In this document: positions 41,319-49,987 of the stretch, piece after piece
Numbering within the stretch: the stretch's first letter is position 1
How the letters are laid out: each line of letters begins with the position of its first letter
NCBI GenBank assembly: GCA_027490995.1
Contig: JAIXWY010000015.1
Span: 59,066-123,065 of the forward strand
From: Opitutaceae bacterium
GTDB lineage: Bacteria; Verrucomicrobiota; Verrucomicrobiia; Opitutales; Opitutaceae
Direction of reading: 5' to 3'
DNA length: 64,000 nt
Position numbers and translations under genes: made by a program
Notes under the pieces: model-generated
What the model was told of the DNA's origin: nothing
The model's database searches: none
What the model saw: only the letters and a program-made list of their open reading frames with translations

Positions 41319-41425
41319 GTCAGGCTCCTAGCGCGGCGGATGTTCGACCGGCCTCGGCGAAATCTGCTCGCCCCCCGCGCGGCCCTCCGTCCCAATCCGC
41401 TCCCTTCGGACTTTCCTTTTCCGCG

Positions 41426-42049
41426 ATGCAAAAGACCGCGATCAAACGCACCGTCGACATGCAGGTCATGGCCGACTGGGTCGAACCCGGCGCACGCATC
41501 CTGGACCTCGGATGCGGGCGCGGCGTGCTGCTGGAATTCCTCGCGCAGACCAAGGGCGCGAACGTCGTCGGGGTGGATATGGACGTCGACAAGATTGCCA
41601 GCTGCGTCCGCCGCGGGGTCACCGCGTATCAGGGTGACATGATGGGCTTCATGAAGGCGTTTCCGGACGGGCACTTCGACCGGGTGATCTGCTCGCGCAC
41701 GCTGGAGGAAATCGCGGAGCCGGCGGGCGTGATCGCCGAGGCGCTGCGGGTGGGCCGGGCGCTGACGGTCGGCTTCGTCAATTTCGGTTACTGGAAGAAC
41801 CGCGTCGACATGGCGTGGGGCGGCCGCAAGCCGCGCAACGCGGTGTACACGACCACCTGGCAGACCAGCCGTCCGGCGAATCCTCTCACGGTCGCTGACT
41901 TTGAGGACTTCTGCGCGCAGGCGGGCATCCGCATTGCGCGGCGCGTGCATCTGCGCGGTGACTGGCAGAGCCCGTGCACCTTCGCCCCGAACTTCTTCGC
42001 GGGCTACGCGCTCTACGACCTCGTGCGCTCGGATGCCGAGGCGGCGTGA
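41426..42049 (+). CDS. metW: methionine biosynthesis protein MetW
   Basis: ORF 41246..42049, trimmed to the ATG at 41426. ILDLGCGRGVLLEFL...VVGVDMD...GVTAYQGDM...FDRVICSRTLEEI...VGFVNFGYWKNRVDMAWGGRKPRN...W...PANPLTVADFEDFC matches the MetW pattern as I remember it. Confidence 0.85.
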   Translation: MQKTAIKRTVDMQVMADWVEPGARILDLGCGRGVLLEFLAQTKGANVVGVDMDVDKIASCVRRGVTAYQGDMMGFMKAFPDGHFDRVICSRTLEEIAEPAGVIAEALRVGRALTVGFVNFGYWKNRVDMAWGGRKPRNAVYTTTWQTSRPANPLTVADFEDFCAQAGIRIARRVHLRGDWQSPCTFAPNFFAGYALYDLVRSDAEAA

Positions 42050-43548
42050 TCGGCGGCCACGCCGGCCATCAGGCGCATCAGGGACGCCTCGCTGGCGTCG
42101 GCCCGCGGGACCTCGCCGACGAGGCGACCCGCGCGCATGACCAAGATCCGGCGGCACAGGCCGAGGAGCTCGGGGAGCTCGGACGAGACGACGAGGATCG
42201 CCTTGCCCTCGCGGGCGAGCTCGTCGAGCAGCGGGTAGATCTCCGCCTTGGCGCCGACGTCGACCCCGCGCGTGGGCTCGTCGATGAGCAGGATGTCGCA
42301 CGACCGCGCGAGCCACTTGGCGAGGGCAATCTTCTGTTGGTTTCCTCCGCTGAGTCCGGCGACGAGACTCTCGATGCTCGGGGCCTTCACGCGGAGCTGC
42401 TCCGAGAAACGCCGGGCCCGCGTCCGCTCCGCGGCGCGGCGTACCCAGCCGAAGCGGCTCAATGACGGCAACGCGGCCAGCGATACATTTTCTCGGCAGG
42501 TGAGCCCGAGCACCAGACCCTGGCGCTTGCGGTCCTCCGGCAGCAAACCCAGCCCTGCGGCGAGCGCGGCCTCGACCGAACGGAGCCGCAGCGGCTGGCC
42601 GCGGACGAAAACTTGGCCCTCGGCGCGCGGATCGAGCCCGAAGATCGCCTGCAGCGTCTCGCTACGGCCGGCGCCGACCAGCCCGGCGAGCCCGACCACC
42701 TCGCCTGCGCGCAGGCTCAGATTGACCCCGGAGAAGCGCCCCGGGGAGCTCAAGTGCTCAACCCGCAGCACCTCGGCGCCGAGGGGCTGCGTCAGGTGGG
42801 CGGGCGTTTCGACGCGCAGCTCGCGGCCGATCATGCGCGTGACCACCTCACTGGGTGTGGTCTGCCGAATCGGTCCGGTCCAGACATGACGTCCATCGCG
42901 CAGCACGGTCAGCGTGTCGCAGAGGGCGAACAACTCCTCCAGCCGGTGGGAGACGTAGACCAGCGTGATCCCGCGGGCGGTGAGGCTGCGAACGAGGCGG
43001 AAGAGCTCGCGGGTCTCGCCGGCGGAGAGGGAGCTGGAAGGCTCGTCCATCACGATGACGCGCGCACCGGTGCCGATGGCGGCGGCGATCTGCACGAGTT
43101 GCTCCTGAGCTGTGGAGAGACTCCCGATCAGGCGGGCCGGATCCAGGTCGGCGCCGATCTCGGCGAGCAGCGCCCGCGCGCGGCGGTGCAGGGCGGTGCG
43201 GTCGACCCAGCCCCCGCGGCGCGTGGGTAGATCGCCGAGGCAAAGATTTTCGGCGACGCTGAGATTCGGGCAGAAGGCGAGTTCCTGATGGACCATCGCG
43301 ATCCCGAGCGCGCGCGCCTCGAGTGGCGAGGCTGGCGCGATGGGTCGGCCCTCCAGCAGGAGCGTCCCAGCGTCGGCGGACACGATTCCCGCGAGGATCT
43401 TGCCCAGCGTGCTCTTGCCGGCGCCGTTCTCTCCAATTAGCGCGTGGCAGGAGCCCGGGGCGACGGAGAAGCTGACGCCATCGAGCGCCTGCACGCCTGG
43501 GAAGCGCTTGGCGATGCCGCGGAACTCGATCTGCGGAGTCGGAGACAT
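42013..43548 (-). CDS. sugar ABC transporter ATP-binding protein (tandem ATPase, ribose/xylose type)
   Basis: Two ABC cassettes. The first: GENGAGKSTLGKILAG, LSTAQEQLVQIAAA, VIVMDEPSSSL. The second: GLVGAGRSE, LSGGNQQKIALAKWL, ILLIDEPTRGVD. Its 3' end overlaps metW by 37 nt (convergent). Confidence 0.9.
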   Translation of the reverse strand: MSPTPQIEFRGIAKRFPGVQALDGVSFSVAPGSCHALIGENGAGKSTLGKILAGIVSADAGTLLLEGRPIAPASPLEARALGIAMVHQELAFCPNLSVAENLCLGDLPTRRGGWVDRTALHRRARALLAEIGADLDPARLIGSLSTAQEQLVQIAAAIGTGARVIVMDEPSSSLSAGETRELFRLVRSLTARGITLVYVSHRLEELFALCDTLTVLRDGRHVWTGPIRQTTPSEVVTRMIGRELRVETPAHLTQPLGAEVLRVEHLSSPGRFSGVNLSLRAGEVVGLAGLVGAGRSETLQAIFGLDPRAEGQVFVRGQPLRLRSVEAALAAGLGLLPEDRKRQGLVLGLTCRENVSLAALPSLSRFGWVRRAAERTRARRFSEQLRVKAPSIESLVAGLSGGNQQKIALAKWLARSCDILLIDEPTRGVDVGAKAEIYPLLDELAREGKAILVVSSELPELLGLCRRILVMRAGRLVGEVPRADASEASLMRLMAGVAADHAASASERTRS

Positions 43549-43582
43549 GCGGAGCCGCGGCGGCCGCGGGACGGTGGCGGGA

Positions 43583-44533
43583 TTACTTCCTCAGCCAGAC
43601 GTCCCAGTTCTTGGCGAATGCGTCGACGTTCTCGCGCGTCACGGGGATCAGTGCGCTGACCTCCTTCTGCGCGGGCGGATTCTTCTTCAGGATGATCTTG
43701 TCGACGATCATCTCGACCGAGCGCTTGCCCCACTCGTAGCACTGCTGAGCGAGCAGCACCGGCACGTGGCCGCTGCGGATGTAGGCGAGTTGTGGCGGCA
43801 GTGCATCGACGGAGACGCACTTCACGGAGCCCGGCGTCCACTTCAGGGCGTTGTCGGTGAACAGCGGCCAACCGCCGATCATCGCCCAGCCGGTGATGTC
43901 GGGATTGGCCTGCATGACCTGCTCGACCTTCGCGGCGGCGTCCTGCGGCGTTTCCTTGTGGTAGTACACGCCCCGGATGGAGATGCCGGGGTACTTCGCG
44001 GCGGCCTCGCGGACGCCTTGGGTGCGCTTCTGGAGGTTCGGGGCGTTCTGATTGCCGGCGAGGATGGCGATCGTGCCCTTGCCGCCCATCAGCTTCGCGA
44101 GCTCGTCCATCAACTGGCGGCCGCACTCGATGTCGTCGATGCCGTAGGTGACGAAGCGCTTGCTCATCGGGGCGTCGGAATCGAAGGTCGCGACATGGAC
44201 GCCGTTGGTCACCGCGGCATCGATGGCGTCGGTGAGCTTGTTGGCGTCGGAGCAACTCACCGCGATACCCTCGGCACCGGCGAGCACCAGTTGCTCGATC
44301 GCCTCGGCCTGCTTCTGGGCGTCCTCCTCATTCGGGGTGCGCCAGTCGATGCGGATGTTGACCCCGTGCTTTTCGCTGAGGGCCTTGGCGGCGTCCTCGG
44401 CGCCCACTCGGGCGGCTTGGAAGACGGGATTACCTTGGGACTTGGCGACCAAGCCGATGGTGATGGTGCGCGGGGCGGCACTCAGGGTGACCGCGGCGGC
44501 GACGGTGAGGAGGAGCGAGATCAGGGTACGCAT
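43583..44533 (-). CDS. sugar ABC transporter periplasmic substrate-binding protein (RbsB/LacI-type fold)
   Basis: Signal peptide MRTLISLLLTVAAAVTLSAAP, then TIGLVAKSQGNPVFQAARVGAEDAAKAL...AEGIAVSCSD...VATFDSD... Confidence 0.88.
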   Translation of the reverse strand: MRTLISLLLTVAAAVTLSAAPRTITIGLVAKSQGNPVFQAARVGAEDAAKALSEKHGVNIRIDWRTPNEEDAQKQAEAIEQLVLAGAEGIAVSCSDANKLTDAIDAAVTNGVHVATFDSDAPMSKRFVTYGIDDIECGRQLMDELAKLMGGKGTIAILAGNQNAPNLQKRTQGVREAAAKYPGISIRGVYYHKETPQDAAAKVEQVMQANPDITGWAMIGGWPLFTDNALKWTPGSVKCVSVDALPPQLAYIRSGHVPVLLAQQCYEWGKRSVEMIVDKIILKKNPPAQKEVSALIPVTRENVDAFAKNWDVWLRK

Positions 44534-44660
44534 GCGAAGCAGGGATGAGCGGGGTTTCGACCGAAGCGGCGAGGTCCGGTCGGTGGAGTCACGAGTAGGA
44601 GGGTGAGGGGGACGAAAGGCAATCGCGCGGCGGGTGCAGGATCCGGTGACGGAGGGCCAA

Positions 44661-45779
44661 TCAGCTCTCGGAAGCCTTCTGCAACCGCCGGCGGGCGAGC
44701 CAGGAATTGACGTTGTCGAGCACCACGGCGGCGATGACGACCGAGCCGATGATGATCTGGCTGTAATTCTGATCGATGCCGAGGATCACGATGCCGCTAT
44801 TGATCATCTGGATAATCAGAGCCCCGAGCACGACCCCGAGGGCGGAGCCCCGCCCGCCGGAGAGGCTCGCACCGCCGACGACGGCGGCGGCGATCACGCT
44901 CAGTTCGTAGCCCTGGCCATCGCCTGACGTCGCGCCACCGTAGTAGCCGAGCGACAGCAGGGCGGCGATGCCGGCGGCGAGGCCGGACATCAGGTACACA
45001 CCGAGCTTCACGCGCTCGATGCGGATGCCACTGAACCGCGAGGCAAGCTCATTGCCGCCGATCGCGTAGACCCGACGCCCGGCGGCGAGCCGCGACAGCA
45101 CGATCCATCCCACCGCGGTCACCGCAATCATCACGAGGAGCGGCATCACGCTCAGTCCTTGGCCGACCTCAATCCGAATGAAATCACGGAACGACTGCGG
45201 AAAACCGCCGACCGACTGCCCCTGGGTGGCGACGAAGGCGACCCCTCGGAAGACTGCCATCGTGCCGAGTGTGACGATGAAAGGGTGGACCCGGAGGGCG
45301 ACGATGAGGCCCCCGTTGGTGAGCCCGCACACGAGTGCCGTCCCGAGACAGACCGCGGCTCCCGCCAGGCTCCCCGCGAGTCCGATGTCGCCGGCCGGCC
45401 CGCCGGGGCCGAAGTGATTCAGCACGAGGGCGCCGGCGACCGACGCGAGGGCGTAGATTGAGCCGACGGAAAGATCGATGCCTCCGGAGATGATGACGAA
45501 CGCCATACCGACGGCCATGATCGCGATGAAGCTCGTGTCCTTCGCGAGTTGCGCGAGGTTCTGCGCGTTGAGAAACTTGTTCCGCTCCACGAACGCCGGC
45601 GTGCGCTCACCGTTGGCGTCGGTGATGAACACCCGCTCGCGGGTCCCATCCGGCCCCTGCTGGAAGAGCGGCGCGCGGACTGAGCCGCTGAAGGCGGTGA
45701 GGAAGGCGCCCAGCACGAGAATGACAACGAGGAGACCACTTTCCTGGAAGCGCAGCAGACCGCGAAGCGACAAGCTCAT
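44661..45779 (-). CDS. sugar ABC transporter permease (RbsC/AraH family)
   Basis: Polytopic 372-aa protein. GGIDLSVGSIYALASV and GGASLSGGRGSALGVVLGALII are typical of the family. Confidence 0.88.
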   Translation of the reverse strand: MSLSLRGLLRFQESGLLVVILVLGAFLTAFSGSVRAPLFQQGPDGTRERVFITDANGERTPAFVERNKFLNAQNLAQLAKDTSFIAIMAVGMAFVIISGGIDLSVGSIYALASVAGALVLNHFGPGGPAGDIGLAGSLAGAAVCLGTALVCGLTNGGLIVALRVHPFIVTLGTMAVFRGVAFVATQGQSVGGFPQSFRDFIRIEVGQGLSVMPLLVMIAVTAVGWIVLSRLAAGRRVYAIGGNELASRFSGIRIERVKLGVYLMSGLAAGIAALLSLGYYGGATSGDGQGYELSVIAAAVVGGASLSGGRGSALGVVLGALIIQMINSGIVILGIDQNYSQIIIGSVVIAAVVLDNVNSWLARRRLQKASES

Positions 45780-45875
45780 GGGGCGTGGGGCGTTGGGGTG
45801 GGACGGAAAGTCGGCGCGGGTGGGGAGCGCGGAGCGACGGGGCGTGGCAGAGGTGCCTGCGCGGCGGTGGACCGC

Positions 45876-47093
45876 TCAGCGCAGGAAGCCCCGGACCAGA
45901 TCGTAGAGTTGGGGGGATTCGAGCAGGAAGGAATCGTGGCCGAGATCGGTATTCAGCTCGGCGTAGCTCGACCGCTTGCCGGCGCGCAGCAGCGCGAGGG
46001 CGATGTCGCGGTTCTGTTCCGGCGGGAAGAGCCAGTCGCTGGTGAACCCGACGATGAGCGACTCGGCCTGCACCGGGGCGAAGGCCTGCTCGAGCGAACC
46101 CTCGCCGGCTAGGTCGAACGAATCGATCGCCCGCGTAATGTAGAGGTAGCTGTTCGCGTCGAAACGATTGATGAAACTCTGGCCCTGATGGCGCAGGTAG
46201 CGCTCGATCTCAAATTCGAAGCTCGCGAAGCCCGGCGCGGTACCTGCGCCCTCGACGGCGCTCGCCCCGGTGGCGTCGCTTGCGGCGGGTTCCGCCGTCG
46301 CGTTCGCGGCGGGCGTCGTGACCGCGCGACGACGCCGGCCGAATTTACGGTCGAGGCCCGCGTCGCTGAGGTAGGTGATGTGTGCCATCATGCGCGCGAT
46401 CGCGAGGCCGACGCGCGGACCGCCTTGGCGCGGATAGTCGCCGCCGTTCCAGCCTGGGTCTTGGAGGATGGCCTGCCGCCCGACCTCGTTGAAGGCGATC
46501 CCCTGAGCGCTCTCGCGGGCGGTCGTGGCCATCGCGACCACGCGCCGGACGAAGCCCGGGTACTCGATCGCCCACTGGAGTGCCTGCATTCCGCCCATCG
46601 AGCCGCCGATGACCGCGTGCAGGGCCGTGACCCCGAGGGACTGCAGCCACCGGTACTGCGACCGCACCATGTCGCGGATCGTCACCCCGGGAAACGCGAT
46701 CCCATAGGCGCGGCCGGTGGCCGGGTTGATCGAAGCCGGGCCGCTGGAACCTTGGCAGCCCCCGATCACGTTGGCGCAAAGGACGAAGTAGCGGTGCGTG
46801 TCGACCGGCTTGCCCGGCCCGATGAGATTGTTCCACCAGCCAGGCTTGCGGTCGCTCAGGCTGTGGATCCCTGCGCAGTGGTGGTCGCCACTCAGCGCGT
46901 GGCAGATCAGGATGGCGTTGTCGCGCGCCGCATTGAGCCGGCCGTACGTCTCGTAGCGCAGCGTGTAGCCCGGCAGCACCTGGCCCGAATCGCAGACGAA
47001 CGGCTCCTTGCTGACAAAGTCGCTGGGGGCCACCAAGCCAACCTCGCCCGGCTCCGAGACGGGGGAGAGTGGGAGATCGTCGGCGTCGTTCAT
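45876..47093 (-). CDS. metX: homoserine O-acetyltransferase
   Basis: ORF 45876..47213, trimmed to the ATG at 47093 (MNDADDLPL...). LRYETYGRLNAARDNAILICHALSGDHH...WWNNLIGPGKPVDT..., nucleophile elbow GGSMGGMQALQWA, and C-terminal GHDSFLLE. Confidence 0.92.
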   Translation of the reverse strand: MNDADDLPLSPVSEPGEVGLVAPSDFVSKEPFVCDSGQVLPGYTLRYETYGRLNAARDNAILICHALSGDHHCAGIHSLSDRKPGWWNNLIGPGKPVDTHRYFVLCANVIGGCQGSSGPASINPATGRAYGIAFPGVTIRDMVRSQYRWLQSLGVTALHAVIGGSMGGMQALQWAIEYPGFVRRVVAMATTARESAQGIAFNEVGRQAILQDPGWNGGDYPRQGGPRVGLAIARMMAHITYLSDAGLDRKFGRRRRAVTTPAANATAEPAASDATGASAVEGAGTAPGFASFEFEIERYLRHQGQSFINRFDANSYLYITRAIDSFDLAGEGSLEQAFAPVQAESLIVGFTSDWLFPPEQNRDIALALLRAGKRSSYAELNTDLGHDSFLLESPQLYDLVRGFLR

Positions 47094-47136
47094 GGCGGCG
47101 GCTGGGCCCGGCAACCAAGCAGGAATCAGCTCAGTT

Positions 47137-47177
47137 GAAAAGCGGGGATCGCGATAACCTGCCGCCGACTCCCCGCT
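47137..47177 (-). terminator. terminator-like hairpin in the metX 5' leader (candidate attenuator)
   Basis: The minus strand reads AGCGGGGA-(21 nt)-TCCCCGCT followed by TTTC. Arms lie at 47170-47177 and 47141-47148. The hairpin ends 43 nt upstream of the metX ATG. Confidence 0.3.
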
Positions 47178-47204
47178 GCGGATCACCCGCATCGAAACAG
47201 GCGA

Positions 47205-47268
47205 AATGCCCATTAGGGATACTTATTTGCAATGCAGATAAATAGCTATAGATAGGTTTATGGGCATT
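47205..47268. promoter_or_regulatory. AT-rich divergent promoter/operator region between metX and the hexulose-phosphate synthase-like gene
   Basis: The inverted repeat AATGCCCAT (47205-47213) / ATGGGCATT (47260-47268) brackets a 46-bp AT-rich core. That core contains the near-palindrome TTATTTGC-AAT-GCAGATAA (47223-47241). It is one of the two most AT-rich spots seen in the window. Confidence 0.3.
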
Positions 47269-47335
47269 GCCGTGATCCCGGATATTTTTCGATTCGCTAT
47301 GGGTTCGGGCGGGGTTTTGCTTGGACCCTCTCTTT

Positions 47336-48055
47336 ATGCGTCCCCTCGTGCAGATTTCGCTCGATCTGACTGACCTCAAGGAGGCTCTCGCGACCGCCGC
47401 GTTGGCGCGCCGCGCGGGGGTCGATTGGTTGGAGGCAGGAACGCCGTTGTTGCTGGCGGAAGGGTTGCATGGGGTCCGGGCGCTGCGCCGGGAGTTCCCG
47501 GGGGTCCCGATCATTGCCGATCTGAAAACGATGGACGGGGGCTACCTTGAGGCCGAGATGATGGCCAAGGCCGGCGCCACCCATGTGGTCGTGATGGCCC
47601 GGGCGCATCCCGAGACGATCAAGTGCGTGGTCAAGGCGGGCCGCGACTACGGGGTCAAGGTCATGGGCGACAACCTCGGCTGCGAGGACATGGTCGCGGG
47701 TGCGCGGCACCTGGAGGATCTGGGCTGCGACATGGTCATTCACCACATTGGCTACGACGAACGTCGCGGAATCGCGGCGAGTGGTCGGCGCATGCCGAGC
47801 CCGCTGGACCAGCTCCGCGAGGTGGTGGCGGCGGTGAATGTTCCGGTGCAGGCGGTGGGTGGATTGACGCTGGAGCAGGCGGTGCGCACGCCCGAGTATG
47901 GTGCGCCCCTGGTCGTCATCGGCGCGCCGCTCGCGGTGGATGCGGATGCCTTCCGCACGGCGGATGGAAACCTCGAGGGAACGCTGCGCATCATCTGCGA
48001 CCGCGTCCACGCGTACGGAGATGTGCCGGTGGGCGGCGCCAAAGTTTCGTCATGA
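47336..48055 (+). CDS. orotidine 5'-phosphate decarboxylase-fold enzyme: 3-hexulose-6-phosphate synthase / 3-keto-L-gulonate-6-phosphate decarboxylase family
   Basis: ORF 47321..48055, ATG at 47336. VQISLDL...WLEAGTPLLLAEGLHGVRALRREFPGVPIIADLKTMDGGYLEAEMMAKAGA...VIHHIGYDE...VQAVGGL. Confidence 0.8.
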   Translation: MRPLVQISLDLTDLKEALATAALARRAGVDWLEAGTPLLLAEGLHGVRALRREFPGVPIIADLKTMDGGYLEAEMMAKAGATHVVVMARAHPETIKCVVKAGRDYGVKVMGDNLGCEDMVAGARHLEDLGCDMVIHHIGYDERRGIAASGRRMPSPLDQLREVVAAVNVPVQAVGGLTLEQAVRTPEYGAPLVVIGAPLAVDADAFRTADGNLEGTLRIICDRVHAYGDVPVGGAKVSS

Positions 48056-49086
48056 AGAAGACCAGTCCTGGGGTGGTGAATTTCTCGTCCACGCCGCACA
48101 GCGTCGAGCTGCGCGACGTCGCTCGCCCGGAGCCGGGCGCGGACGACGTGCTTCTCGCGGTGGAGGCGGTCGGGGTGTGCGGCAGCGATCTGCACCAGTG
48201 GACGGCGCAGCACAGCTGGACGGTGAATTACCCCGTGGTGCTTGGCCATGAATTCGGTGGCCGCATCGCGGCGGTCGGAGCGAGCGTCCAAGGTTTCAAG
48301 GAAGGCGATCGCGTGGTCAGTGAGACGGCTGCGGTGATTGACGCCAACAGCCCGCTGTCGCGGCGGGGACTCTACAATCTGGATCCGACGCGTAAGGGCT
48401 TCGGGTACGGTGTGAATGGGGCGATGACCCGCTACGTGCGCGTGCCGGCGCGGTGCCTGCACCGCGTGCCGGAGAATGTGCCGCTGCTGCATGCGGCGCT
48501 GACCGAGCCCTGCTGTGTTGCGTACAACGCGGTCATCCAGCAGGCGCGCATCCAGCCGGGCGACCGGGTGATCGTGCTGGGTCCCGGCCCGATCGGCATC
48601 CTGTGCGCGGCGATGGCGCGCCTGGCGGGAGCGCAGGTGGCGCTGGTGGGACTGGAGCGCGACAAGGTCCGCCTTGAGGTGGGCAAGCAGTACGGCTGCG
48701 ATGTGATCATTGGCGATGCCACGGAGTGGGCGCGGTCGCGCGACGGTCTGGGCGCGGATGGCGTGATCGATGCGGCGGGCGTTTCGGCGTCGCTCAAGGC
48801 AGCGCTCGATCTCGTGCGCCCGGCCGGCTGGATCAGCAAGGTGGGTTGGGGTCCGCAGCCGCTGGGCTTCTCCCTCGATCCGCTCGTCGCGAAGGCGGTG
48901 ACGCTGCAGGGCAGTTTCAGCCACAACTGGCCGATCTGGGAGCGCGTGCTCGCGCTCATGAGCTCGGGCCAGCTGGATGTGCGGCCGATCATCGGCGGTA
49001 CGTGGCCGCTGACGGGCTGGCACGAGGCGTTCGAACGCATGCACCACGGCGAGATTGTGAAGGCCGTGCTCACGCCGACCGACTAA
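48052..49086 (+). CDS. zinc-dependent alcohol/polyol dehydrogenase (MDR family)
   Basis: ORF 47623..49086, trimmed to the ATG at 48052, which overlaps the upstream stop (ATGA). Contains GVCGSDLH, GHEFGG and VLGPGPIGILCA (Rossmann). Confidence 0.88.
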   Translation: MKKTSPGVVNFSSTPHSVELRDVARPEPGADDVLLAVEAVGVCGSDLHQWTAQHSWTVNYPVVLGHEFGGRIAAVGASVQGFKEGDRVVSETAAVIDANSPLSRRGLYNLDPTRKGFGYGVNGAMTRYVRVPARCLHRVPENVPLLHAALTEPCCVAYNAVIQQARIQPGDRVIVLGPGPIGILCAAMARLAGAQVALVGLERDKVRLEVGKQYGCDVIIGDATEWARSRDGLGADGVIDAAGVSASLKAALDLVRPAGWISKVGWGPQPLGFSLDPLVAKAVTLQGSFSHNWPIWERVLALMSSGQLDVRPIIGGTWPLTGWHEAFERMHHGEIVKAVLTPTD

Positions 49087-49175
49087 GCCTCCGCGGCCGG
49101 AAACGGCCCGCGCGGCGTCGCGCCGCGGCGGAGCCCGCTTCGGCCTTCTCCTTTTCGCTTCCTCTCCTCCCTCCC

Positions 49176-49949
49176 ATGCGTCTCGAAAACAAGGTCATCC
49201 TCGTCACCGGCGGCACCTCCGGCATTGGTCGAGCGATCGTGGAACGGTGCGTGGCGGAAGGCGCCCGCGTGGTGATCAACGGCATCGATCGCCCGGCGGG
49301 CGAGGCGCTGGTGCGTACGCTTGGGGCGGACCGCGCAGTGCTGTCGATCGCTGACCTCGGTGAAGCGACGGCTCCGGCGCGGGTGGTGGCGGAGACCCTG
49401 GCGGCGTTCGGCCGGGTGGATGGGATCGTGAACAACGCTGCCTTCATCGGGCGGAGCACGATCGACAACACGAGTGCGGACGTGTTCGACCGCATGATGG
49501 CGGTTAATCTGCGTGCCCCGATGCTGCTCATCCAAGCGGCGATCGGATCCCTGCGGGCGCACCGCGGCTCGGTGCTGAACATCGGCTCCATCAACGCCTA
49601 TTGCGGCGAGGCCACGCTGTTGGATTACAGCCTGTCGAAGGGCGGCCTGATGACGCTCTCCCGCAATCTCGCGAACGCGCTGGCGAACGACGGCGTGCGC
49701 GTGAATCACCTCAACATCGGCTGGGTGCTCACCGACCGCGAGTACCATCACCAGATCGAACTCGGGCAGCCGAAGGACTGGCACGAGCACATTCCGAAGG
49801 CCTACGCGCCCTCGGGCCGGATCCTGCGCCCGGAGGAGGTCGCCACCGCCGCCGTCTACTGGCTCGGCGACGAATCGCGCCCCGTCAGCGGCTCCGTCCT
49901 TGAGCTGGAGCAGTACCCGATCATCGGGCGCAATCCCGTGAAGTCCTGA
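49176..49949 (+). CDS. SDR-family oxidoreductase
   Basis: ORF 48726..49949, trimmed to the ATG at 49176. Contains VTGGTSGIGRAI, NNAA, and the catalytic DYSLSKGG (YxxxK). Confidence 0.9.
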   Translation: MRLENKVILVTGGTSGIGRAIVERCVAEGARVVINGIDRPAGEALVRTLGADRAVLSIADLGEATAPARVVAETLAAFGRVDGIVNNAAFIGRSTIDNTSADVFDRMMAVNLRAPMLLIQAAIGSLRAHRGSVLNIGSINAYCGEATLLDYSLSKGGLMTLSRNLANALANDGVRVNHLNIGWVLTDREYHHQIELGQPKDWHEHIPKAYAPSGRILRPEEVATAAVYWLGDESRPVSGSVLELEQYPIIGRNPVKS

Positions 49950-49987
49950 ACGACGTCCCGCCACGCTTTTTCGTCTCTTCCCCGACC

